A stretch of DNA of 64,000 bases from Chloroflexota bacterium (GTDB lineage: Bacteria > Chloroflexota > Dehalococcoidia > SM23-28-2 > JACOUE01). A program made the position numbers and the translations under genes. Under the pieces are notes generated by a model. It was not told the DNA's origin. It saw only the letters and a program-made list of their open reading frames with translations, and did no database searches. How positions within the stretch are numbered: the stretch's first letter is position 1; every line of letters starts with the position of its first letter. The stretch spans positions 147 through 64,146 of the forward strand of contig JACOUE010000034.1 of NCBI GenBank assembly GCA_016178045.1, given 5' to 3'. Positions 56,692 to 64,000 of the stretch are shown one piece after another.

Positions 56692-57999
56692 TTACTCGAT
56701 GCCGGCCGCCGACAGCTGGAACCCCCGGGGCACGAAGGCGATCAGGGGGCCGAAGTTCACGTCGCCCGCAGGTATACCGAAGTCGACGACGTACTGCACC
56801 GGGGAGTCGGGCGCGACCGTGTCGAGGCTGATCTTGAACTCAGGGTTGAAGCCTTCGGTGCCAGCGGGCTCAGCGCCTCCGGTGGGCGGGGAAGCGTCTT
56901 CGCCGATCTCTACGTCCTGGGTCAGGAGCACCTCGGGTGCCTTGCCCTGGGCGTCGGCGTCGTTCGGGTCAGGGTCGCAGGCGTCGCCGACGCCGTCGAA
57001 GTCGCTGTCCGTCTGGTTGCCGGCCTCGGCGTCCTTCTGCTCCTCGCCGTTGGCTATCACTGCGCAGTTGTCCTGGCGGTTGTGGTAGCCGTCGCCGTCC
57101 TCGTCGCCCACGGCATTGTTGTCGTCGGGGTCGCAAGTGGAGGGGAGGCCGTCGCCGTCGTTATCGCCGGGACCGACGGGGGTGCTGGCACGGGGGTCCC
57201 AGTCGGGGTCGGGGTCGAGGGGACAGGGGTCAAGCATGTTCTCGTGGCCGTCGCCGTCGGCGTCGCGCTGGCCGCGGGCGAAGAGGCTGAAGGTGTAGGT
57301 ACCGGCCTCCTTGGGGGTCCGGGCAAGGACAGTCCCGTCCTCAGCGGTGGCAAAGGTGGTGACGGTGCTGGTCAGCGGCGAGCAGAAGTCGGTGATCGGG
57401 CCGGGCGCCGGCTCGACCTCAGGGTCGCCGATGTTCTGGAGGAGGGTGACGGACGGGTAACCCAGATCCGCGTTGGTCTCCTCGGCTCCCAGCGGCGTGT
57501 CGAAGGTGGTGCCGGGCTCGAACAGGAGGAACTGAAGGAGGACGTCAACACCACCGACGTTGGTGATACCGGCCGTCCTCACCAGCGGCTGAACGTCACC
57601 CAGGACGCGGTCGATGAACGCGGGCCACTTGGTGACGGCGGCCGCCTGGGCGAGATTTTCGGGGGGAGCGCGCTCGCCGGTCTCGTCCTCGAAGGCTTCG
57701 CCGACGGCGTTGGGGTCGTCGTCGTCGTTACCGGCGATGCCGTCCGGCCCTTCGGGCGGATCGTCAGGGAATGCCACCGTCTCCGTCTTGTCGACGGTGG
57801 CGTTGAGCATGTCGAAGGAGACGGGAAGGGGGTTGTTGCAGGGATTGCCGAAAAGTCCCAGCTGGGCCAGGGCTTCCACCTTCTGGAGCAGCGTGCCCAG
57901 GGGCACTTCTCCTCCTCCTCCGCCTCCTCCACCGCCACTACACGCGATGAATATGAAGCCGAGGGCGCCAATTGCGGCAGCGAAAAGCTTGGTCCTCAC
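56692..57999 (-). CDS. Lipoprotein with thrombospondin type-3-like calcium-binding repeats (paralogue of 60330-61976)
   Basis: GTG start with AAGGAGGG SD; lipobox FIFIACSGGG. DADGDGHENMLDPCP, DNDGDGLPSTCDPDD, DEDGDGYHNRQDNC, DSDFDGVGDACDPDP. Confidence 0.85.
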   Translation of the reverse strand: MRTKLFAAAIGALGFIFIACSGGGGGGGGGEVPLGTLLQKVEALAQLGLFGNPCNNPLPVSFDMLNATVDKTETVAFPDDPPEGPDGIAGNDDDDPNAVGEAFEDETGERAPPENLAQAAAVTKWPAFIDRVLGDVQPLVRTAGITNVGGVDVLLQFLLFEPGTTFDTPLGAEETNADLGYPSVTLLQNIGDPEVEPAPGPITDFCSPLTSTVTTFATAEDGTVLARTPKEAGTYTFSLFARGQRDADGDGHENMLDPCPLDPDPDWDPRASTPVGPGDNDGDGLPSTCDPDDNNAVGDEDGDGYHNRQDNCAVIANGEEQKDAEAGNQTDSDFDGVGDACDPDPNDADAQGKAPEVLLTQDVEIGEDASPPTGGAEPAGTEGFNPEFKISLDTVAPDSPVQYVVDFGIPAGDVNFGPLIAFVPRGFQLSAAGIE

Positions 58000-58196
58000 G
58001 GCTTTACCCTCCTTTTCCGGGGGATCAAAACAAGGCTGCTCCGCGGCCTAGAGAAGATCAGCGCGAGCATTGAGCCGGGTGCGGAACTGAAGTCGCACTT
58101 TAGGTAACACAAGCGCGGCTCTTGTGTCAATACATCGCGTTGCTCTTACGACCGGCATGAACATACGATGGAGCATGATCTTGCACGGAGAACGAT

Positions 58197-58811
58197 ATGG
58201 ATGATAAGTCTGAGGAGCCGCGACCGCCGGTAAGACGGCGGCCGCGGCGGCGGGGCAGCCCCGGCAAGCCCCGCGCCCCGGCCAAAGCTGACGCCTCCGC
58301 CCGACGCGCCCTCGCAACGCTGGCGCTGCTGGTCCTGCCGCTGGCCGCGGGCGGGCTGGCGGTCGGCATCGCGCTGGCTGTTATCGGCGGCGGCGGGGAG
58401 AGCGGTGAGAAGGCGGACGTGCGGGAACTGGGGCAGCAGCTTGTCGACCTGCCCGTGAACCGCGACTGGCCAGCGCTCTACGCCCTGTTCAACGACGACT
58501 ACAAGGCGAGATGCCGCTTCGGCGAGTTCCGGAAGGTCTGGGAGGACGCGGTCGCTGCACTGAGCCCGAACCAGGCGAACTACAGGGTGAAGTCGGTGGA
58601 GGACATAAAGATAGAGGGCGACGAGGCGTCGGCGACGCTGGTGACAACCACGGGCGAGGTGGAGGACCGGTTCCGCTACGAGATGGTGCGGCAGGGCGGG
58701 GCGTGGCGGTTCGCGCCGGCCGCCGGCACCACTAAGTGTGACGCCTTCCTGAGGGAGACTCAGGCCCAGCCGACGGGCCCTCAGCCCACCGGCGTCCAAC
58801 CGACCCCCTGA
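58197..58811 (+). CDS. Membrane-anchored hypothetical protein (basic N-terminus, one TM, small extracytoplasmic domain)
   Basis: RRRPRRRG.., TM LATLALLVLPLAAGGLAVGIALAVI, ~120-aa domain, PTG-repeat tail. Confidence 0.65.
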   Translation: MDDKSEEPRPPVRRRPRRRGSPGKPRAPAKADASARRALATLALLVLPLAAGGLAVGIALAVIGGGGESGEKADVRELGQQLVDLPVNRDWPALYALFNDDYKARCRFGEFRKVWEDAVAALSPNQANYRVKSVEDIKIEGDEASATLVTTTGEVEDRFRYEMVRQGGAWRFAPAAGTTKCDAFLRETQAQPTGPQPTGVQPTP

Positions 58812-58957
58812 TCATCGGCAGCTAGCGAAAAGGACGACCCGCCCCCCCGTTCTCTGCCTCGACCTCGCACCTTCATGGAACACCGGCTATAATGGGTCCG
58901 CAAAACATAACACGAAAGTGTCTGCTCAGCGGGGGGAGCCCTAGAGAAATTAATCCT

Positions 58958-60196
58958 ATGGTCGTTCGCAGGGCGCTTGTGCTGTTTGTCATTGCGGGCC
59001 TGTGGCTCGCCTGGGGCCTCTTGGAGGCCGGAGCGAGCAAGCCTTTCAACCCGACTTTCGACATGGTAGACGTCTCCCCGCCCACCCTTTCGCCGGCTCA
59101 CGGCGACGTCATCAGGCGGGTGCAGGTCCCGGTCGGCAACCACCTGCCGGCCATCGAGTCGCTGTCCGTACCAGCGGACTGGGCTATCGCCGGCGACTCC
59201 GCCGTCCCGAACAATGACATCGTGGCCGGGGGTCAGATATCCGTGGACCAGGCTTGCGACGGTGAGTTGGAGACCTATCCGTTCAACGTGCTCGACAAAG
59301 CGGCCGACGCCGACGAGAAGGCGCACTGGCGGGCGATCATAACCCTGGACGTTGACATCCGGTTCCCTGTGGACACTCTGGTCTTTGACTTTGCCGTGAC
59401 TGGCAGCGCAGCGGCCGGCCACACCATCCGGGCCCGGATGTTTTATGATCCCTCCGTTCAGGGGCCCTTCTGCGCTCCCCTGGATCTAGTGATCGTTCAC
59501 AAGGGCGTCTCCAGTCCCCACCTCAACGACGTCCTCACCAACCCGTCGGCTCAGGGCTGGTACACCTGGTCCGCCACTTATACCGCGGGCCCGCTGCCGT
59601 CGGCCCATCCCGATGTGACCCTCAGCGATAAGGTCGCCATCGGTGATGACGCCGACGGCGACTACGTAGCTGATTTCGTGGACAACTGCCCGGGCGTCTA
59701 TAACCCTCCACCTGCGCCCGGCATAGAACAAATCGACTCAGACGGCGACGGCCTGGGCGACGCCTGTGACGGCACATCGCTCGTCGTTTGCGATGGGCTG
59801 GCGGCGACGAAGCTCGGGACGGCTGGTAACGACATTCTCGTCGGCACGCCACTTCAAGATGTCATACTCGGCCGCGACGGCAACGATTCTATCGACCTCC
59901 TCGGCGGGAACGATAGGGGCTGTGGAGGCGCGGGCAGCGATACGATATACGGTCGAACCGGCGAGGACAGGCTGCTTGGCCAGCGCGGCAAAGACCTGCT
60001 GAAGGGGGGGCCAGACGACGATACGGAGCAAGGGGGCCCAGGCGACGATAGGATTTTTGGCGGCGACGGTAACGACACGCTTTCGGGTGGCAGGGCGGAC
60101 GATATTTTGTATGGGGGGGCCGGCACGGACGTCTGCGATGGCGGTACCGGCACCGACGCCGCCTTCGGTTGTGAGCAGGTACTGAATGTTCCCTGA
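58958..60196 (+). CDS. Secreted protein with TSP3-like repeats and RTX (hemolysin-type) calcium-binding nonapeptide repeats
   Basis: Start trimmed to ATG 58958 (signal VLFVIAGLWLAWGLLEAGA). DADGDYVADFVDNCP, DSDGDGLGDACDG. Then GTAGNDILVG, GRDGNDSI, GGAGSDTIYG, GGDGNDTLSGGRADDILYGGAGTD. Confidence 0.85.
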   Translation: MVVRRALVLFVIAGLWLAWGLLEAGASKPFNPTFDMVDVSPPTLSPAHGDVIRRVQVPVGNHLPAIESLSVPADWAIAGDSAVPNNDIVAGGQISVDQACDGELETYPFNVLDKAADADEKAHWRAIITLDVDIRFPVDTLVFDFAVTGSAAAGHTIRARMFYDPSVQGPFCAPLDLVIVHKGVSSPHLNDVLTNPSAQGWYTWSATYTAGPLPSAHPDVTLSDKVAIGDDADGDYVADFVDNCPGVYNPPPAPGIEQIDSDGDGLGDACDGTSLVVCDGLAATKLGTAGNDILVGTPLQDVILGRDGNDSIDLLGGNDRGCGGAGSDTIYGRTGEDRLLGQRGKDLLKGGPDDDTEQGGPGDDRIFGGDGNDTLSGGRADDILYGGAGTDVCDGGTGTDAAFGCEQVLNVP

Positions 60197-60269
60197 AGGC
60201 AGCCGTCGGTTCCCGAATCTCCAGAGCCGTACGCTATGCCGGCGTTGCTGACCGGCGAGCGCTGCTGTA

Positions 60270-60313
60270 AAACATGTGCATGGGCCTGCGTTCGCAGGCC
60301 CATGCACATGTTT
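60270..60313. terminator. Perfect 21-bp inverted repeat between convergent genes (bidirectional terminator)
   Basis: aaacatgtgcatgggcctgcg-tt-cgcaggcccatgcacatgttt, with A-run and T-run at the two ends. Confidence 0.75.
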
Positions 60314-60329
60314 CGACGATCGGTGGCCG

Positions 60330-61976
60330 TTATCGCCGTCGCCTGAAGAGTCCGGCGATGGCGCTGGCGGCGAGGCTAAGCAGGCCGGTGCCGCCCAGAC
60401 CGGTGGCGATGGCGCCCCAGGCCGGGATGCTGGCCACGGCGGGGGCCAGAGCGCCGACGCCGGTGCCGGGACCGCCGGCAGCGCCGGGTTCGCCAGGGTT
60501 CTGCTCTCCCAATACGGTGGGGACAGGTGTCGCGGTTGTGCCCGGAGGGGGCGTTTCGCCGCCGGGCGGAGGTGTCTCGCCGCCGGGCGGAGGCGTTTGC
60601 TCGCCGGCGGCGGTGCCCAGGGGGGCGTCGGGGTCACAGGGGCGCACTGCCAGCGGGTCGATAGCCGGGGTGCCGCCCGCCCCTACGTTAACCTGCTTGA
60701 CCTTGCACACGGCGTGGAAGTGGCCGTCGGGAGAATTGGGGTTCTTGTCGCAGACGTCGCCGATCTGGTCAGACCGCGAACCGCCGTCGGGGACGGTACC
60801 GCCCTCGGGGATGTCGTCATCGGCCTGATTGACGTTGGCCTTCAGGGGGCAGTTGTCGCCCCGGTTGAGCCAGCCGTCACCATCGCAGTCGAGGGACTGG
60901 CCCTCCCCGCCGGGGGCGCCCGGCCAGCAGGCGACGCCGGGGTCGGGGTCACAGGCGCTGTCGATTCCGTCGAGGTCGGGGTTGCTGGCTGGGTTACGGG
61001 GGTCGCCGTCCTTGTTGGGTTGGAAGGGGCAGGTGTCGAAGAAGTTTTCGTAGCCGTCATTGTCGGCATCGCGCTGGCTGGTCGCGAAGGTGACGAAGTT
61101 GAGGGTGGCGTTGCCGTTGGGGTTCTTGCGCACCGTCGCTCCCGCTTCATTGGCGCTTGTGATTTGGTTATCCTTGCTAACGCCGTAGGTTGTACTTGCA
61201 GATAGAAGCGGGGAGCAGAAATCGGTAACGGGGGTCTTGGTCGCCGCCGCCGACGGGTCGAGCAGGACCGAAACAGTCGGGTAGCCTAGCCGGGGATCAA
61301 AGTCGTACGAGGGGCTGAGCTTGGTGCCCGGCTCAAATATGAGCGTTTGCAGGACCACCGTTAGGCTGACATCGCTGCGGTAGGGGGATGGACTGGTGTA
61401 GCCCATATAACGGGCCCGCGGCTTTATGGGATTGCCGTTGGCGTCCTGGAACAGATTATTGAGGAAGGAAGGGTATTTCTCGATCCCATCGCGAACGCCG
61501 TTACCGTTGGCGTCGGAGGCCAGTATGGCCAGGCGGTCGGGGGTCGGCTCGCCAGTATTAGGGTCGATCACGGGCGGGGGCTTGATGGTGTCTCCTGTAT
61601 TGGTGCTGGCGTTGAAGAAGTCGAATGTGAACTGCAGGCTAGTGGAGCACGGACCGTTGAGGATTCCCAGGGTGGCAGTGGCAGTGAGGTCGCCCACGCG
61701 GGCGGCCAGGGGCACGTCCTCGAACTTGGGCACCGTCAGCTCCGGCGGGCTGAAGCCGCCGGCAGCGCCGAAGTTGGAGTCGCCCTTGGGCAGGTTGAAC
61801 TCGGTAATGATGTCGGATTTGGCCCCCGGGGCAGGATTGGCAAGCTTGGCTTTCTGCTCGGGGTTAAAGCTGCTGGCCTTGCCGTTTTCCGGGAGCGCGA
61901 ACAAGAGCGCCGTAACAAATAGGAGCAGCAGGATGCCGGCGCTGGGGCCTAGAAACAGGATGACCTTCCTTGACAC
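60330..61976 (-). CDS. Surface protein with TSP3-like calcium-binding repeats and a C-terminal Gly-rich/TM/Arg-tail sorting-signal-like anchor
   Basis: GTG start with GAGGGAGGG SD; signal peptide. DADNDGYENFFDTCP, DLDGIDSACDPDP, DCDGDGWLNRGDNCP. C-terminus GLGGTGLLSLAASAIAGLFRRRR. Confidence 0.85.
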   Translation of the reverse strand: MSRKVILFLGPSAGILLLLFVTALLFALPENGKASSFNPEQKAKLANPAPGAKSDIITEFNLPKGDSNFGAAGGFSPPELTVPKFEDVPLAARVGDLTATATLGILNGPCSTSLQFTFDFFNASTNTGDTIKPPPVIDPNTGEPTPDRLAILASDANGNGVRDGIEKYPSFLNNLFQDANGNPIKPRARYMGYTSPSPYRSDVSLTVVLQTLIFEPGTKLSPSYDFDPRLGYPTVSVLLDPSAAATKTPVTDFCSPLLSASTTYGVSKDNQITSANEAGATVRKNPNGNATLNFVTFATSQRDADNDGYENFFDTCPFQPNKDGDPRNPASNPDLDGIDSACDPDPGVACWPGAPGGEGQSLDCDGDGWLNRGDNCPLKANVNQADDDIPEGGTVPDGGSRSDQIGDVCDKNPNSPDGHFHAVCKVKQVNVGAGGTPAIDPLAVRPCDPDAPLGTAAGEQTPPPGGETPPPGGETPPPGTTATPVPTVLGEQNPGEPGAAGGPGTGVGALAPAVASIPAWGAIATGLGGTGLLSLAASAIAGLFRRRR

Positions 61977-62007
61977 CGTAACCCTCCCTCGATCTTAGTA
62001 GGTCTAT

Positions 62008-62037
62008 AATATATATCTGATTCCGGTAAGATGTCAA
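62008..62037 (-). promoter_or_regulatory. Sigma70-type promoter of the 60330-61976 gene
   Basis: Minus strand: CTTGACAT-N18-TATATT, about 30 nt upstream of GTG 61976. Confidence 0.45.
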
Positions 62038-62223
62038 GGCGGGGAACAGCGACGGCGAATCTGCGCCCTAGCGCCGAGAGGCTGCCGTATTATGTTGAGC
62101 CGAGACGAGAGGGGCCAAGTTTGCGAAGGGCTTGTTCATATGAGGGGGCCTTTTGATATTATAGAAGCTGACGTTCGCGGGAACGTCGCCACTTGCTTTT
62201 ACACTAGACTTGGGGGAGGTGTC

Positions 62224-63000
62224 ATGATAGGGGTGCGGAGAGCCGGGATTGCCGGCGGACTGATCCTGATGGTGGGGCTGTTGTGGCTTGCCTGCGGCGG
62301 TGGTCCCCAGGGCGGGCCGAAGGCTAGCCCGAAGGTGCTTCAAGCCAGTTGCGGGCCGGTTGGCGAATTCGAACGGTTTCGCTACACCTATTCTTACCTG
62401 CTGGACTCGCCCAAGCCCAAGCGGCCGGTGGACGACGAACTTGTGGGCAGCCCCCCCTTCGCGGTGCCTCCCAATAGCGAAGACTTCCGCCTTAAGCAGG
62501 TTTACGATGGCTCTTTCGTGGCTCCGGACGGCTACCTCATCAACGTGGAATCTCCCAGCGAGGAGAAGGCGGGGTCGCTCCAACTCTTGTACCTGGGAGA
62601 CCAGGCCCTGGCCAATTACGGCACGGGCTGGGTTACGGGCCAGGTCCCCAACGCCTTTCCTCCCATGCACGTCTGTGAATCGTTAGTGGGCGGCCTCGAT
62701 GTGAAGGGAATGCCCTATTTAGAGGAAGAGGTGAACGGCGAGAAAACGCTTCACTATACGATACGGGGGGCCAAGCTCCAGGCGGCGACACGCCTGTTCG
62801 GGCCCCAAAGTGACATGGGTCGCCTCCTGAAAAGATATGACGTTGAAACCTGGCTGGCGGAGGACGGCGGCTGGCCGGTGAAGACGGTGGCTCGGTCTGA
62901 AGCCGCCTACCCCAGCGGACGGAAGCTGAGGATGGAATTGACCCTGGAGATCAAAGATATTAACTCTAGCGACATAAAGATTGAGCTGCCCGAAGAGTAG
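62224..63000 (+). CDS. Hypothetical lipoprotein
   Basis: Start trimmed to ATG 62224 (GGGGGAGGTG SD). LILMVGLLWLACGGG lipobox. No motif recognised. Confidence 0.65.
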   Translation: MIGVRRAGIAGGLILMVGLLWLACGGGPQGGPKASPKVLQASCGPVGEFERFRYTYSYLLDSPKPKRPVDDELVGSPPFAVPPNSEDFRLKQVYDGSFVAPDGYLINVESPSEEKAGSLQLLYLGDQALANYGTGWVTGQVPNAFPPMHVCESLVGGLDVKGMPYLEEEVNGEKTLHYTIRGAKLQAATRLFGPQSDMGRLLKRYDVETWLAEDGGWPVKTVARSEAAYPSGRKLRMELTLEIKDINSSDIKIELPEE

Positions 63001-63022
63001 CCTGGCCGTCAATGGCGCGAGA

Positions 63023-63050
63023 GCGGGGGCCGCCTCCAGGCGGCCCCCGC
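63023..63050. terminator. Bidirectional hairpin between convergent genes
   Basis: gcgggggccgcc-tcca-ggcggcccccgc (12-bp stem). Confidence 0.6.
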
Positions 63051-63060
63051 TGGCCTTTAG

Positions 63061-64000
63061 CTAGCCCTGGCCGCGCCGCCAGCGCCAGACGGCGATGGCG
63101 GTGGCCAAGGCCAGGAGGGGCACGCCTGCGAAAAGGGGGATCTGCCAGGCGGCGTCGCTGATACCGTCCCCGTCCTCTTCGCCAGACACAGCCGTGCCCT
63201 CCCCGGTAGACGGGGATTCCTCCCCCGGCGAGGCGCCGGGAGGGCCGGGAGACTCTCCGTCTTCACCGGCTACGGGGGTGGAGGTGGTCCCCGGCTCGGC
63301 GGTGGTTCCCGGAGCGGGGCTCTCGCCTTCCTCGCCCGGTGTGGCTGCCCCCGGTGGGACCGTAGCGCCCGCCGGGCTTCCGCCTCCGGGGGAAGCGCCG
63401 TCGGAGGTGGGTGGAGCTTCGGCGCAGGTGGCGGGGGCGACGGCGATGGCGCCATCGATGAGGTTGGACTCGGGGACGGCGACGACTTCATCGATCTTGG
63501 AGGATGAATCGTAGGAGCCGTAGTCGTTTGCCGGCGTGACTGAGTTGGTGAGGTTGAACCTCACTACGCGGCCGGCGGCGGCGTCCTTCAGGACAATCGT
63601 GAGCCTGACCAGGGGCACACCGCCGACCGCCGCGCGGTACGGTCTGGTGGGCTCATCTGCGGCAGTGTGGGGGACATCGGGGGCGTCCCGGGTGTTGCGG
63701 GTGCCGACCCAGGTATTCGCCATGAAGGCGTTGCCTTTAGTGTTATCGATGTTGCTGGCCTGAATGTTCTGCTTGCGGGAGACGTTCTGGCTGTTCCAGG
63801 GAAGGTTGATGAAGCCCACCTCAGCATCGCGGTTATCGAGGAAGGGAGTGTGGTCGGCGGCGGCGATGGCGACGAGCTTGGCGTTATAGAGGAAGCGGAT
63901 ATCGTAGAAGGTGGTGTCAAGCATGTTTTTCCCCACGACGTTGATGCTCCTCTTGCCTGTACCGCTGACTTTGATACAGAAGTTTATCTTGCCCGCAGCC
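63061..64000 (-). CDS. Surface protein, N-terminus outside the window: cohesin-like beta domain (tentative), acidic G/P/E/S-rich spacer, C-terminal TM plus basic tail
   Basis: The frame is open from position 64000 (..KINFCIKVSGTGKRSINVVGKNMLDTTFYDIRFLYNAKLVAI..). C-terminus IPLFAGVPLLALATAIAVWRWRRGQG. Confidence 0.7.
   Translation of the reverse strand, partial: AAGKINFCIKVSGTGKRSINVVGKNMLDTTFYDIRFLYNAKLVAIAAADHTPFLDNRDAEVGFINLPWNSQNVSRKQNIQASNIDNTKGNAFMANTWVGTRNTRDAPDVPHTAADEPTRPYRAAVGGVPLVRLTIVLKDAAAGRVVRFNLTNSVTPANDYGSYDSSSKIDEVVAVPESNLIDGAIAVAPATCAEAPPTSDGASPGGGSPAGATVPPGAATPGEEGESPAPGTTAEPGTTSTPVAGEDGESPGPPGASPGEESPSTGEGTAVSGEEDGDGISDAAWQIPLFAGVPLLALATAIAVWRWRRGQG

Overview
High-GC bacterial chromosomal window with roughly four fifths of the genes on the minus strand. 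Lineage cannot be fixed from this window. The Tad pilus without a secretin, the Thr/Pro/Ala linkers and the short or absent mRNA leaders fit a monoderm high-GC group such as Chloroflexota or Actinomycetota.

Housekeeping content: purE, purD, ffh-rpsP-KH(ylqC-like)-rimM, gap, and six tRNA genes in three clusters (Leu-TAA/Cys-GCA/Leu-GAG; Trp-CCA; Arg-CCT/Ala-CGC).

Accessory content:
- A Tad/Flp pilus operon (two flp pilins, tadE, tadG, cpaB, cpaE/tadZ, cpaF, tadB, tadC) directly downstream of an ECF sigma factor and a putative anti-sigma factor.
- A class III cyclase-STAND ATPase-TPR protein, plus a decayed fragment of a paralogue.
- A PotD/NspS-like binding protein translationally coupled to a sensor-HAMP-GGDEF-EAL protein. 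Both lie in a 3.7 kb segment bracketed by tRNA-Trp and a decayed copy of its 3' half.
- A GAF histidine kinase with a NarL-type regulator, transporters and glycosidases.
- Many secreted or surface proteins: an edge-truncated S8 protease, Thr/Pro/Ala-linker proteins, thrombospondin-type-3/RTX calcium-binding proteins, and dockerin-like and cohesin-like domains.

The most notable observation is that two genes split by the ORF track at in-frame TGA codons read best as selenoproteins. One is a short GrdB/PrdB-family protein (..LTPA-U-PDCC..). The other is a TlpA/redoxin-like lipoprotein with a U-T-P-C redox motif. Each has a hairpin just downstream of the TGA.

Several gene remnants are visible: a STAND fragment, a P-type ATPase C-terminus, a USP with an internal out-of-frame deletion, and an integrase N-terminal domain. 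Near-consensus sigma70-type promoters and hairpin terminators are also visible.

Many long ORFs in the track are antisense or out-of-frame shadows typical of GC-rich DNA and were not called. No CRISPR array, transposase or intact integrase was seen.
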